Below the pieces are notes generated by a model, which saw only the letters and a program-made list of their open reading frames with translations, made no database searches and was not told the origin of the DNA. From the NCBI RefSeq assembly GCF_009914755.1, contig NC_060928.1: DNA of 64,000 nt. One strand, written 5' to 3'. A program made the translations under genes and the position numbers. Shown piece after piece: positions 1 through 12,559 of this stretch (position 1 is the first letter of the stretch; each line of letters begins with the position of its first letter). This DNA is from the human T2T-CHM13v2.0 reference genome, Homo sapiens.

Positions 1-366
1 TACTCAGAGCCTTTAGTGTTCTAAGGTTGATGGGAACCACAGAGAGAGCTATAGAAAGGTATGTATAATTTCTCAGACATATGTATACATAGTACCCTTT
101 TTTGTGGAGGTTTGGGGGCACAAATGGGTGGAGAACTACTCTTTGGGAAACAGGTAACTGCAAAAAGAATTTCCAAGTCCTTCTTCTTACAGAGAGTATC
201 CTCTACACCCTCATCCCATCTGCTTTCTCAGCCTCATCTTGGCCATAATATACACTGTACTTAAGCTGGAGTATTTGCTATTTCTGGGCCACATCATGCT
301 TTCTCATCTCGGTGTGAGTTTATACTGTTTTATTTGCTTATGAACACATTTCCTCCTTTCTGCTAG

Positions 367-762
367 TGTATTAGTCCATTCTCATACTTCTGTAAAGAAC
401 TGTCTGGGACTGGGAAATTTATAAAGGAAAGAGGTTTAATTAACTCACAGTTCAGCATGGCTGGGGAGGCCTCAGGAAATTTACAATCATGGCAGAAGGT
501 GAAGGAGGAAGCAAGGCACCTTCTTCACAAAGCAGCAGGAAGGACAAGTGCAGACTGAATGGGGCAAGAGCCCCCTATAAAGCCGTCAGGTTTTGTGAGA
601 ACTCACTCACTATCATAAGAATAGCATGGAGGAAACCCTCCCCCCAACCATGATGCAATTACCTCCACCTGGTCTCTCCTTTAACACCTGGGGATTATGG
701 GGATTACAGGGATTATAATTCAAGATGAGATTTGGGTGGAGACACAAAGCCTAACCATATCA
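367..762 (-). mobile_element. Solo MaLR LTR, THE1D/MST-like, interrupting an old L2 remnant
   Basis: Begins TGTATTAGTCCATTCTC and ends GAGATTTGGGTGGAGACACAAAGCCTAACCATATCA, the reverse complement of a THE1/MST LTR. Degenerate 5-bp TSD GCTAG/GCATG. Confidence 0.9.
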
Positions 763-1009
763 GCATGTAAAATTCATTGTCATTCTTCAAGATCCAGTTC
801 AGATTTCTCCATTTCTATGAAGAATTTCTTCTTCTTTTTCTAAGGCAGAACTATTCCCTCCTTCTTCCTGTTGTCACTGAACTTTTTCTCAAGCTTCTAT
901 TATTGAATGAATCACTGTACATTATTCATTTATTTCATCACACAAATCTTTTATTTTTATAAAGAAAGCACACTCACAATTTAAACTTCCTATTAAATGT
1001 AAAGATGAA

Positions 1010-1475
1010 TATGGGTTAGCTAGTCTCCATTGATGCTCCTCTCCTCAATGAACCACACATACAAGATTTCATACCACCGAGTACTCTCTTACCCCTTGTA
1101 GCTGGGCTAGCCCTGTAATTTGCTGTTGATCACTAGACTCTTGTAAAAAGATACTACATAACTTTGGAGGCTAGTCATAAAAAGCCTTGCATTTTTCAAA
1201 TGGATCTCATGGAATGCTCATTCTAGGGGAAGCTAAACACCATGTAAGAAGGATGACTACTGTGAGACCACTGTGATGTGAGGAAGTTCAGGCTAGTTAT
1301 GTGACGAGAGACAGAGAAAGAAAGAGAGAGAGAGAGCCCAGACAGCACTGTGCTCTTCCAGACATTCCAGACAAGGTACCAGACATGTGAAAGAACTTAT
1401 TTTGTATCTCCAGCCCAAACACTATCTAACTGCAACTGCAAATTCATGACAGCTGTCCAGCTGAGTCCAGTCAAT
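1010..1475 (+). mobile_element. MLT1 (G/H-type) MaLR LTR, 3' end lost
   Basis: MLT1-type motifs GAGGCTAGTCATAAAAAGCC, CATGTAAGAAG..ACTACTGTGAGACC..TGTGAGGAAG, CCAGACATGTGA, TCTAACTGCAACTGCA, CCAGCTGAGTCCAGTCAA. Confidence 0.7.
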
Positions 1476-1491
1476 TTGGAAGTGGGATAAT

Positions 1492-1493
<2 letters not shown>

Positions 1494-1537
<44 letters not shown>
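1494..1537 (+). repeat. (CA)n microsatellite, about 22 units
   Basis: Pure AC run read directly. Confidence 0.98.
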
Positions 1538-1538
<1 letters not shown>

Positions 1539-1934
1539 GCATTCCCTTTAGGACCAGTTGAGGGTGGAAGCTGAAAGTAGGTTAAGGAGACTATTAGTAA
1601 AGTCTGTCTTAAAAATGTCAGCGGATTTCTTTTAGTTGTGCATTTTAATATTCAGGAAAAGACATAGAAAAAAAGAAAAAAAATCTGTTCAGTTTTCAAG
1701 TAAAATCTAGAGGAAGCATTTCTGAGACAATTACTTGCTAGATTCAAAAATAAAACCATTTCTCTTTTCCGTCTTCTCCAACCAGCAAGAGGCTCTTAAA
1801 AGAAGAAATGCCTCAGGTAAGGATAAAAACTAGGGTGCTACCAGGAAAACATCATCTTAGGGTAAATATTTCAAGATTCTTTGTTAAGAATTCAAAGATG
1901 TTTACAGTGTGCTTGGTAGGTCCCTCAGGTAGAA

Positions 1935-3903
1935 CATGTATTGACAAATTTTTTTTATTATTATTATAAAGAGCCAGATAGTAAATATTTTGGGTTTTGC
2001 AGGCTACATAAGATCTTTGTCCTATATTCTTTGCTGTTTGTTTGTTTGTTTACTGTGGTACAATATACAGAACATGTAATTTATCATTAGAGACATATAG
2101 CGCATTCATAGTGTCATGTAACCTTCATCACTATCTAGTTACAGAACATTGTTATCACTCCAAAAGAAAAACCCACACTCATTGAGCTGTCATTTTCCAT
2201 TCTCTACTCCTCCCTGCACTGACAATCACTAAACTGCTTTCTGACTCTATGGATTTTCCTTCTCTGGATATGTTATATCAATGGAATCATACGTTACGGG
2301 GTCTTTGTGTCTGCTTTCTTTTATTTAACATAATACTTTCAAGGATCATTCCAGCTGCAGCATGTGTCAGTATTTCATTACTTTTTATAGCTGAATAATA
2401 CATATTCAATGGTATGAATATACATCATTTTGCTTATTCATTCATCAGTCCATGGACATTTGGTTGTTTCTACCTTTTGGCTATTATGTATAATGCTGCT
2501 ATGACCATTCATGCACAAATTTTTCTTTGAGCTCCTTTTTAATTATTTTGGGTATATACTCGGGAGTGGAATTGCTGAGTCATATGGCAATTCTGTTTAC
2601 TGTAGAACTGCCAAATTGTTTTCCACAGTCACTGCACAATTTTACATTTCCATCAACAATGTATGAGTTTTCTAATTTCTTCATGTCTTTGGCAACACTT
2701 GTTATTTTGTTTTGTTTTATTTTTTAGTCTAGCTATCCCAAAGGGTGTAGAGTTGTATCTCATGGTGGTTTTAATTTGCATTTCTCTAATGGCTAATGAC
2801 ACTGTGCTTCTTTTCATGTACTTGTTGGATATTTGTATATGTTCTTTAGTAAAATGTCTATTCAAATCCTTTATTCATTTTCAAAATTAGGTTGTTTGCA
2901 TTTTTGTCATTTAATTGTAAGAGTTTTTATTTTAAATATATTCTAGATATTAAACCCTTGTTAGATATATTATTTGAAAATATTTTCTCTCATTCTGTGG
3001 GTTATCCTTTTTCTCTTTTGATAATGTCTTTTGATGCATAAAAGTTTTACATTCTGTGAAGTATAATTTATGTGCACAGAAGTTTTAAATTTGTATGAAG
3101 TATAATTTTTCTGTGTTTTCTTTTATTGCCTGTCCTTTTGACATCATATTTAAGAAACCACTGCCAAATCCAAGGTCATGAAGATTACTCCTTTGTTTTC
3201 TTCTAATACTTTAAAAATTTTAGCTTATATTGTGTCTTTGATTCATTTTCGGTCAATTTTCATGGATACTATGAGATAGGAATCCAACTTTAATTTTTTG
3301 CGTGTGGCTATCGAGTTGTCTTAGCACCATGGCCTCCTCCCCACGTTGAATAGTGTTAGAACTCTTGTTTAAAATCAATTGACCATAGATGTATGGGTTT
3401 ATTTCTGGACTTGTTTCAGTTTACTTCCAATGATTTATATGTCTATCCTTATGCCAGTATAACAATGTTTTTATTACTGTAGGTTTATGGTATGTTTGAA
3501 ATTGGAAAGTGTGGAGTCTCCAACTTTGTGCTCCTTTTTAAAGATTGTTTAGGCTATTTGTGATTCTTACAATTCCACATACATTTTAGGATCAGTCTTC
3601 CAATTTTTGCCACAAAGGATACTGGGATTTTGATTAAGATTGTATATTAAATTTGTGGATTGCTTTGTGTAGTGTTACCATCTGAACAATTTTAAGTTTT
3701 CTAATCCATGAACATGGGATGTTGTTCCATTTATTTAGGAATTCTTTAATTTATTTCAACAATATTTTGTTGTTTTCAGTGTACTATTATTTGTGTTTTA
3801 CAATCCTTTCAAAATGTAAAAAATAATATTCTTAACTTGCAGGCCTAACGAAAACAGGCTGTGGGTTAGATTAGGTCTATGGGCCATGGTTTGCCAAACC
3901 CTG
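1935..3903. mobile_element. MER58 (hAT-Charlie) DNA transposon split by L1MB
   Basis: Left part AAAGAGCCAGATAGTAAATATTTTGGGTTTTGCAGGC; right part AAAACAGGCTGTGGGTTAGATTAGGTCTATGGGCCATGGTTTGCCAAACCCTG. 8-bp TSD-like AGGTAGAA (1927-1934) / AGATAGAC (3904-3911) with central TA. Confidence 0.8.
2045..3785 (-). mobile_element. 5'-truncated L1MB-type LINE (ORF2 3' part plus 3' UTR)
   Basis: Minus-strand ORF 2653..2865 [25 protein letters not shown] is the L1 ORF2 C-terminus. L1MB-type 3' UTR at 2050-2300. Confidence 0.9.
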
Positions 3904-4684
3904 AGATAGACAAAAAGCCTTCTAAGAATCTTAAGTACGTGCCTCTTAAATTTCTATGGTAGAAAATTAGGTTTCTAAGGATCTTAGATATGTTTTCCCA
4001 CAGTACGTTGACTCTCATCCCAAAGAGAAAAAGGAGCCTCTTGAAGAGATTTTTGGTTTTGTCATTTGTTTGATGGATTAGACTATAATTTTACACACAG
4101 GAAGCCCACAGTATTTTTAAAGCAATTATACCATCTTGAACCAAAAGAAATAGATGAAGTTCAAAACAAAGAGACACTTTGTGGCCCCAAATTTTTACAG
4201 GTAAGAAACAGAAAAAGCTACTCTGTTGCAAACATGGGCCACTGCTTATCAAAGTGAACACTGATGGGCGGAACCAAAAACAAGAGAGTGGCACTAAAAA
4301 TCAGTGAGAACCATCATCAAGAGTAGGAAATGGGTTCTGCTCAAGGAATTGGCAACATTTGCTTAATTTCAGAATTTTCATAGACCAGTTACCCCCCGCC
4401 TCTATTTTTAATGACAGTGTTGATTGCAGCTTCACTGGACCATGTGTGCCCATTGTATATTTGACAAGTGGGGAGGTGGGATTGACAACTTTTCTTTTTA
4501 GTGTGCATGTCTTTAGACTGAGAGGGATACACATAAGGACTTTCAATGACATGTGAATCTTATTTAAATGAAGTAATCTTAGACTTCAGTCTGATTCTGT
4601 GATGGAATGAGACTTTTGGTGACCTTGTGAAGGGAGTGTATATATTCTGCAAGTGGGAGGAATGTAAATAATTTGTGGCCAAAG

Positions 4685-5178
4685 TGATAAAAGATGATCA
4701 CAAATTCTTTGTCATATTTCCCATAAGGAGAAATTCATCCCACTCATTACTCATTAAATCTGGGTTGGCCATGGGCTGCTTAACCAATATATTAGGTGGT
4801 AGTGGAAGTGACACTGACTCAGTTTCACTCCCAAGCCTTAAGAAGGCCAGAGGGTATGGCTTTTGTACTATGGGAGAGCAATGAGTCTTCACATAAGAAG
4901 AGGGATCACATGGAGAAGAGTGACTTGACACTATAGATGAGGAGAGAGGCTTAGTCACCCTGTGTCTGGCAACTCATTTGAGTGTCTCTAATACCTTTAG
5001 TCACACTACTATCTGACTGCAATTGCTTGAGAAACTCCAGAGAGCCCAACAGGAAAAAATTGCTTAGTTGAGCTCAATTAATCTATAGAATCACGAGAGA
5101 TTAAAAAAAATGTTTTACATTAAGCCACTAAACTAAATTTGAAGGTAAATTGTTGTGCAACAAGAGATAACCCAAACA
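4685..5178 (+). mobile_element. MLT1H-type LTR
   Basis: AAAGATGATCACAAATTCTTTG start; ATCTGACTGCAATTGCTTGAGA; 3' end TAAGCCACTAA..TTGTTGTGCAACAAGAGATAACCCAAACA. Confidence 0.75.
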
Positions 5179-6421
5179 CTTGGGAAAACTTCTAAGCCCA
5201 TATAGATAGGAAAAATGAATGCAGCCACTTAGGTAACAAGAATGAAGCTACTAATTCTAGAAGAATGACTACATGTCCAATATGGATAGCAAAACTTAGA
5301 CACAAAGGAATGATAATTTCATACGTATCACCATCTGTCTTAGATAACTAGAAGCAGGCAAAGAGTGTATGTCTCAGTGAGGCTCATGCAACTGCATCCA
5401 TTTCCCGCATCCACTTTTTTTCAGAATCAATCAGAAACTGGATTCCTTTTGAAATAGCTGAAGGAAGATGTCTGAGCGTTTAACTTAGAAGTTTCTCCTG
5501 AAGTTAACAGTGAGGCTAATAATGTCTATTCCATTGAGATCTATAGAGCAGCACCAAAGCACGGAGAAGAAGGAGGGCATATCACTAACAGTTTATGTAA
5601 TATCTGATATATTTGTATCTGAGTAGCCTGGTAATGTAATCAGTTCCACCTCCCATAAACTTAGTCCAAAATCTTACCATTGACATTAGCCAAAGAACAA
5701 CTAGACATATGAGTCTCCCAGCGCTTCTGGTCTCATCTGATGGGTTATGTGTCCTGTGGTTTTCTACCATAGTGGAAATCAACATTTCCTCAGATAAGCA
5801 TATTTCTAGATCAATTTAGAAAGTCCCATAATTTTTTGTTTTTATTTTTTGGTAGTGGTGTTAGTGGAGTTTTGGACTTAGAAATTGCTATTTATTTATT
5901 TATTTTTCTGACTCTATCAGACAGAGGCCCTATTCTTTCTGACACAAGCAGTCTTTATTTAGGGACTCCAACAATTGGTGGAAACTCTGGAGGACTAATC
6001 TACTCAGCAGAGTCTGTGTCCTAGTGTATCTTTTACAAGAAGACTGAGTCTCTGTGCATTTACTTCAGTAGGTCTGTGGTAATGCCATCCCTGGCCAGAA
6101 CTTTCTCTTATGAGTTTCTTGAATGAAAACCATCAAGTGCTTAATCTGCTTTTGCATATAGTCATTGCTGAAGGATATGGTGAAAGTAATCCTAGCCCAG
6201 TGGATCACAGACTCGAGTTGACATTTGAAGTGAGTAGTAGAAAGAGGGAGAAAGAAAATTAATCTAAAACTGGCCTTTGTTGGCATTTTAAAGTAATTAT
6301 ATATAAATGCTTGTCTATCTTGCTATACTGTGAGCTACTTAACAATAATTCCATGTTAGCCAATTTTGAGGTTCCTAGTATTTATCACAAGGAACTGACA
6401 AGTAATCTTGTTAAATTATAA

Positions 6422-6685
6422 CCAGTATATTGTAGTGGTTAAAAGTATGGACCCTGGAAGCAGACTGCCTGGGTTCAAGTTCCTGCTCTACTAATTTCAA
6501 GCTGTGCGTTCTTGGACCAGTTACTTAACATTTCTGGGGCCTTTGTTTCTTCTCCTGTAAAATGGGAATTATGAACTCATCTCCTAGGATTGTTGTGAGA
6601 ATTAAATGAAGTAATGTACACCAATTGCTTAGAAAATTGGCTGGCACAAAATAAGCACTATAAAACATTATCTATTATTATTGTT
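6422..6685 (+). mobile_element. MIR SINE, near full length
   Basis: GTAGTGGTTAA..CAGACTGCCTGGGTTCAAG..AGTTACTTAAC..CTGTAAAATGGG..GGATTGTTGTGAGAATTAAATGA. Confidence 0.9.
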
Positions 6686-6809
6686 AACATAAAGCAGACA
6701 TGCTGAAAATCAGAATTTATCTCTTATAAATAGGCACAACCACAATGCCAAGAAGTCAAAGCAATATCGATCATTAAACTGAACAGTTTGCCTGCATTGT
6801 TTTTTTTAA

Positions 6810-6965
6810 AGGTTGGCATTATTATACCCATCTTTTATCTAAGGAAACAATGGCTTAGAGAAGTTGAATAACTTGTCCAAGATCACATAGCTAGTAAGTG
6901 GCACATCCAGGACTTATTAGTAGGTGGTCTCAATTCAAAACTTGTGCTCTTAACCTTTGTACTGT
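6810..6965 (-). mobile_element. MIR SINE fragment
   Basis: ATTATACCCAT..AGGAAAC..GGCTTAGAGAAGTTGAATAACTTGTCCAAGATCACATAGCTAGTAAGTGGC. Confidence 0.85.
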
Positions 6966-8731
6966 TTCAGATGCTATCACAAGTAATACAGAAATACAGT
7001 AGAGAAAATGGCTCACTTTGCTGGATAGTCAGGGAGGCCTCGCTGAGGAGGCAAGTTCAAAAATTACTAAGTGGATCAAAAGAAAAAAGTTTCCATTCAA
7101 TCTTTTCTCATTTTTAGAACAGTTTATCTAATATACCCAGGCACTTTATTGAGTAGGAGAAAAAAATCCCTATTTTGAAATTACTTACATGTGTTTTATA
7201 TCCACTTTTACTTAAGCCCTTCAATTCAAATTTCCAAATCTTCTTTTTCTTTTTAAAAATTTCCACTTTTTATGTAAAAGTAGGACAGTTATCTTTCAGG
7301 AGACTCTGAATAAAACCTGACTAACCCAAGTTGAAAACACTAAATTCTGCTTTAAATAATCAGTTACATTTATAAACTTAATTAAATTACCTTAACATTT
7401 TCATTTACATGTTAACATTAACATGTATAAACTTAAAACACTTGATGTTTTAAACACTTACATGCCTTACCAATAAATTTATTACTCTAACAGGAAAAAG
7501 GGTCCCAAGTGTTTAAATGCTTAAATGGCTCTGAAATACATTTTAAAAAATTAGTATTTTTGAAAATAGGATTTTTAAACCTTTACTTTGGAAAATGTAG
7601 ACCCTCATATATTTTAATTGGGAAGTTGATTCTTCCAATTATTTTTTTCCTGGTCTGTATCAAATCAGCATGAATTTCAAAGACAGAGCACTACTTTTTG
7701 AAGTATTGAAATGTAATTAAGCACTTAAAAATGAATATATGTTTCACTTTTACTTTTGAGTGATAATAGAAAGTATTTTGGTATTATTGGGAAGTTATCA
7801 TTATGACAATTACTTACCACTGTCCTAATTCAGCTCTTTTAAAAGGTGTTGATAAGGCACTTTTGGGTAAAGCAACTTACATTTTTTGATAAAACATTTT
7901 AAAATATATTGTAGCTTACACTTTCCAGACTTTCATTAAATTCACCTATCTTTCTAAATATTTTTTATAGTTTCATTTTCATTGTTCCTTACCAGTCTTT
8001 TAGATGACAGAACATAAAAATATGTCAAAATAAGAATAATCAAGGGCTATGCCTCTATTTTCATTTATGCCATGTAAAAATATTTTTCTATATACAATAT
8101 GCACATGAACTTTAGGTGGTCATGGGAAGTCAAAAGTAGCCAAGCAGAGATGAGTAGAATCAGCATTATTTTTGCTATCTACAGAATAAATAAAACACTG
8201 AACATGAGTCATTAGTTTAATTATGGAGTAGTAAATTACAAATAATTAATAATTAATTAAACTTAAGAAGTGAACATGAAAACAAAACACAGAGTTAAAA
8301 ATAGGCTTCTTTGATAAAAGCAGAATATAAAAACACATTGCTATGATAATTTTGCTAATGGAACTGCTTTGAACCAGGATAGTGGAAAATGATAGAATCC
8401 CTTGATGGTCTGTAACTTCATTTTCTTTAAAGAAGGCAGGTAGATCTTTGGCATTGAGAAAAGAGGGAAAGAGTTATTTTTATAATACTGGATAATAGCT
8501 TGAAATCCAAGAGTTACTAAACGAATGCAAGGGACTAAGCTATCTTACTTTAATGCGGCAATCTGCATCTTTAAATCTTTGGCAGAAAATACTCAATGTT
8601 TCTTTATGTCTTTTATCCTCTTATTGTTCATTTGGTGAATCCCTGTATTAACTTTTCATTGTTTTGTTTCTCACACCAATACTATAGTTCTTGTTTACCA
8701 GTACTTCTATAACATTCCTTCTTTCCCGCAG

Positions 8732-8961
8732 GTAAGACAGGATGCCAGAGTGGCCTTATATTTGTGTAGTGAGAATTACACTTGGGTTACGGAATAAAGG
8801 AGAGCAGTCCTACTCAGATACCTACTGCGTCTGGGCTATGCTGGGCACCTCACCCTTTCTGGGAATTTTCTTTGTGGGCATGGTGGGACACATATCCTTT
8901 GTTTGCTTTTGAGCTCATTTCGTAGCTTCTGAAACACTGATCTGGTTCTTCCCTGAAAAAG
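8732..8961 (+). other. Candidate recursive-splice exon (3' splice site immediately followed by a 5' splice site)
   Basis: CTATAAC ATTCCTTCTTTCCCGCAG|GTAAGA at 8707-8737; downstream donor AAG|GTATGA at 8959-8967; stops in all three frames. Motif evidence only. Confidence 0.3.
8854..8952 (-). other. Candidate 99-nt minus-strand exon
   Basis: Acceptor CATACCTTTTTCAG|G, donor AGG|GTGAGG; two of three frames open. Motif evidence only. Confidence 0.3.
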
Positions 8962-11289
8962 GTATGACATTATCTCAGTTGAAAGAGAAAATATGTATCT
9001 TCTATGTTTTGAGCTTAGTTGATGTGAACATATTGACTTGGGTTGTCCAATCTCAAATTTCATAACTTTCCTGAATTTTGAACCATAAGATAGAAAATGT
9101 ACTATGTAATAGCCAAGTCCAGGGGATGAAGAGCTATGCCCATTCATTATTGTCTTTCCCATAGTCATTCAGTGTCACATACAATAGGTTTTGATGCATA
9201 TTTGTTGAACAGATTAAGAATGAAAACAGGAAATCAAATCATACCGTTTGTCTACCTCTGCTATTTATTGTGTTGATTCATCTCATGTAAAGCTGAGGCC
9301 TTAGTGCATGAAAAAAGTAAGTAAATGTATTGCTTATAAGTGTAAGATTATGCGTATGGAATTAGACAATATAATGCATGTCATTTTTTTTCTAAATTTT
9401 ACTTTAAATCATGGTTAGTTACATATTGATGTTGAATTCATGGAAATATAAGAAAAATGACTATCACAAAAATTGAGGATTAGAATTTACAAGAACTAAA
9501 CATTTTTCAATATTCTTTAACTGTGTTTTGAATATTTATTAATTTTAAGTTTGAATGGTTAAGGCTGAGCATTTCAATTACTGTTAATTTGTCTTCAAAA
9601 ACAATTTTTATGTACAAACCAGATCATGTTCAATTTTCATCATTGCTAGCATCTCTAAAATGATTTCTATAAGACAGATAGAAAGAATATTAGAAAAGAG
9701 ACAAAGGAGAAATAATAATTGCTAAAAAGATGGTAAAATGTTTCCTGTCAGTCTTTAGTTGATTTATTACTCACTTTCTCTACTGGTTTTGTAACTTACG
9801 GAAGAGTCTCAGAAGCTCTTTTACAAAACCTGGGCAGCCCTGAAGGGTATATGTACACATCCATATTTAAGCCTATCTGGTTTATTTATCATTTGGTACA
9901 TTTAGAAAAAAGAAGGGAGTAAGGTGACTTATGATGTGGCTTATAATATGGTATTTATCATGAGAAGTAGTTATATTTAACAAACATAAACATTTCTGGT
10001 TTGACTGAAAATTTCCCTGTTGATTGGATAGGGAAAATACTGTGTGGTAGTGAAATATTGTTATTGTTTTTATTGTTTTTGCCATTTGGTTACTTATTTT
10101 TCATAGCTCTTTTCAAAAATTACATATTGGAAAAAGGCAAGAAAGCAATACTAAATTTTTTCCCCTATTTTGCAGCCTTTAAACTTCTCTAAAGTCAGTA
10201 TGATAGTGGATGAAAGGGTATTTTTTAAAGTTTAAAACTTACAAAATTTAATCTTAGCTCATAGACTACTTTTCAACAGTATTAGCATTATTGCACATGT
10301 AAAGTAGCCAAAATATCTGAAAATCAGTGAGTTTCCTATATTCTTACTGGAAGGATGAACTCTGTCTTTCTTCCTCTCTTCCTTTCTCCGCCATATAACA
10401 ATAAAACTCATGTATTGACAGTGATCTCAATGCATATAAGTGGTTTGTGTTTGGCTTATCACACTGCTCTTGAGAATGCACATTTTACATGTACATGTAT
10501 TATTTAGTATTTATTATTCCATGGAAGAGACTCACCTCTTTCAGATATAGAAAGAGTTCAGAGAAGAGGTCACACAGAAATGGTTTATGCATTAATGATG
10601 GTTCTTTACCATCTTCATTTAGATTGTTTGTGAAATTATTTGGGGAGGGCAGTGTAATGGACTCCACTCCTTAATTGACAGAATGATCTAATGTATTCAT
10701 GGCAGTTCTGTCAGTAGGTCAGGGCAGGAGGAAATTACTAATCTTCTTTGTAAGACACTAGAAAGTTTTCAGACTCTAGAGTATGCGTTACTGAAGCCTA
10801 TTAGAACTTAAAATTCAGATTATTAGCATTAGTTTGATTCATTTGCTATGCCTCTCTATTTTAATATGGACTGTGCAGTGTATGCACTGAGTCTGTTAGT
10901 CAAGTGGAAACCAATAACATAATTTGATCCATATATCACCCTCTTGGATTTGAAGTTACAGTAATCCAATGGAGGATAAAAAATAGAAACTTCTACTTCT
11001 CCTATGTAAATAGAAAAAAATGATCAGCCTGGAATTAATGATTTTATTAGGTTTCTCTTTTAAAAGTTTATGACTATGTCTGCTTCATTTTTGTTATTAA
11101 TTTGGATGAATCTTATATGCTTGTAGCTGCAATGCCACAGATAAAGATAAAGGAATGGGCAATGATAACAGGAAAAATAAAATCAACTTGAATGTCACTA
11201 AAAGTTGTTGGAGAAAGAATTTAGGACAGATAGATACTCTGGTATTCTCTAAATTCCATTAACATAATGGAAGAGGACTATGTGCACAC

Positions 11290-11312
11290 GTGTGTGTGTG
11301 TGTGTGTGTGTG
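11290..11312 (+). repeat. (TG)n microsatellite
   Basis: Read directly. Confidence 0.9.
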
Positions 11313-11442
11313 ATCTTGATATGTTCACAGTTGGTTGAAGATAGATTGGCAGTAACAGCTGCCACCAATGTCAACAATCAAGTACAATGAAGTGTGGCAA
11401 CCCCCCGACTGCTTTTCATTCAAATGAGTTATGAGTTCTCAC

Positions 11443-11584
11443 CGTTTAGAGTCACTCTCATTTTTAAAAAAATCATAAGCCGAGTTGTGAGAATTGGGGA
11501 ATATCCACCTGGCAGGGAAATTTTCATGCTTTGTGAAAAAAAAAAAAGCGGAAAAAAGAGATTACATCAGATCAATCAAAGTCA
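11443..11584 (-). other. Candidate minus-strand exon (142 nt; an alternative acceptor gives 66 nt, 11443-11508)
   Basis: Long T-rich tract with two CTCAC branch-like motifs ending CATTTTCTAG|; donor ACG|GTGAGA. Motif evidence only. Confidence 0.3.
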
Positions 11585-12559
11585 CTAGAAAATGTGAAAG
11601 TGAGAAAAAAAAGCAGTGAGAAATAACAAAAAAAGCAATCCAGGCAAACCCATTAATGAGAATGAGTGTCAGTTTTTCTTGGTTCAAGGACTCTGCTACA
11701 ATGGATTAGAACACGGAGCACCATATCAGAAATGCACAGAGGCAACTGCAGAGAGGCAAGGGGCCCACTCGACCCCCAACATCAAAGCCTACTTGGAGAA
11801 AAAAAAAAATGCTTGGTTACTTGTAGCTTAATCCAACATTACACACTTCTTTCAAACATCAAAACTGCTGCTCAGCCTTTGGATGGCTGGGCATTCTAAC
11901 TACTAATCCAGCCTTAATTATAAAAATTTTATACTCCCTCAGTTTCCTGCCCCCTGTACCACCACATGCCTGCTGGGAAAGTCATGGAAAGCAGGCAAAA
12001 GGAAATTAGGGAATGCTGCGTGGTTAAAGGGAATTGTTGCTTACTTAGTGGTCACAGCCAGATAGTATGTTCTAGAAGCGTCTGTATGTAAAGATCTTTT
12101 TTATAGAAACACTAAGCCAATTTCAAATTGTCTCTATGTTTTGTGGGAAAATCATTCTTTTTTCCTTTCTTAACTCTCCCTAATAAGCTAAAACTTACTG
12201 TCACTCTGAGGTATCTTAAATGGCATCGGGGTCACACAGATCACTTCAGGCTACTTGTGTCAAAAGGTAAAGGATACACATTTCTTTTCAATCAGCTTTT
12301 ACCCACAAACATTGATTTGTGGTCTTTTTGTACCCTCAGGGCTAAAAGCACATCCATTTGTGTCTATGTACTTGAACTTGAGTGATTTCAAGTTGGAAAG
12401 TTAGATAAATTACCTTGAGAGCAAAATAAATAAATAAATTATTCCAAGCACTTCCCATGAATATGGTAAGTTTATGGTTTCTTATTCTTTTCCTAATCAT
12501 TAACATAACTTATCCTTTCTCTTCCCATAACATATTTCTAAATGCTTGTAGACAATTAA

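Larger units (their letters stand above)
1540..4684 (+). mobile_element. MLT1-int-like internal sequence (about 1540-1934 and 3904-4684), split by MER58
   Basis: Lies between two MLT1 LTR remnants. The 3' end GAGACTTTTGGTGACCTT..GTGTATATATTCTGCAAGTGGGAGGAATGTAAATAATTTGTGGCC resembles a MaLR-int end. Confidence 0.5.

Noticed and set aside
7406-7453. Two adjacent small AT-rich hairpins
   Set aside because: Arms of 8-10 bp in very AT-rich DNA are likely chance.
8836-9168. 110-aa minus-strand ORF as a single-exon gene
   Set aside because: It starts in an L2 remnant and has no recognisable domain; only its 99-nt spliceable part is kept as a candidate.
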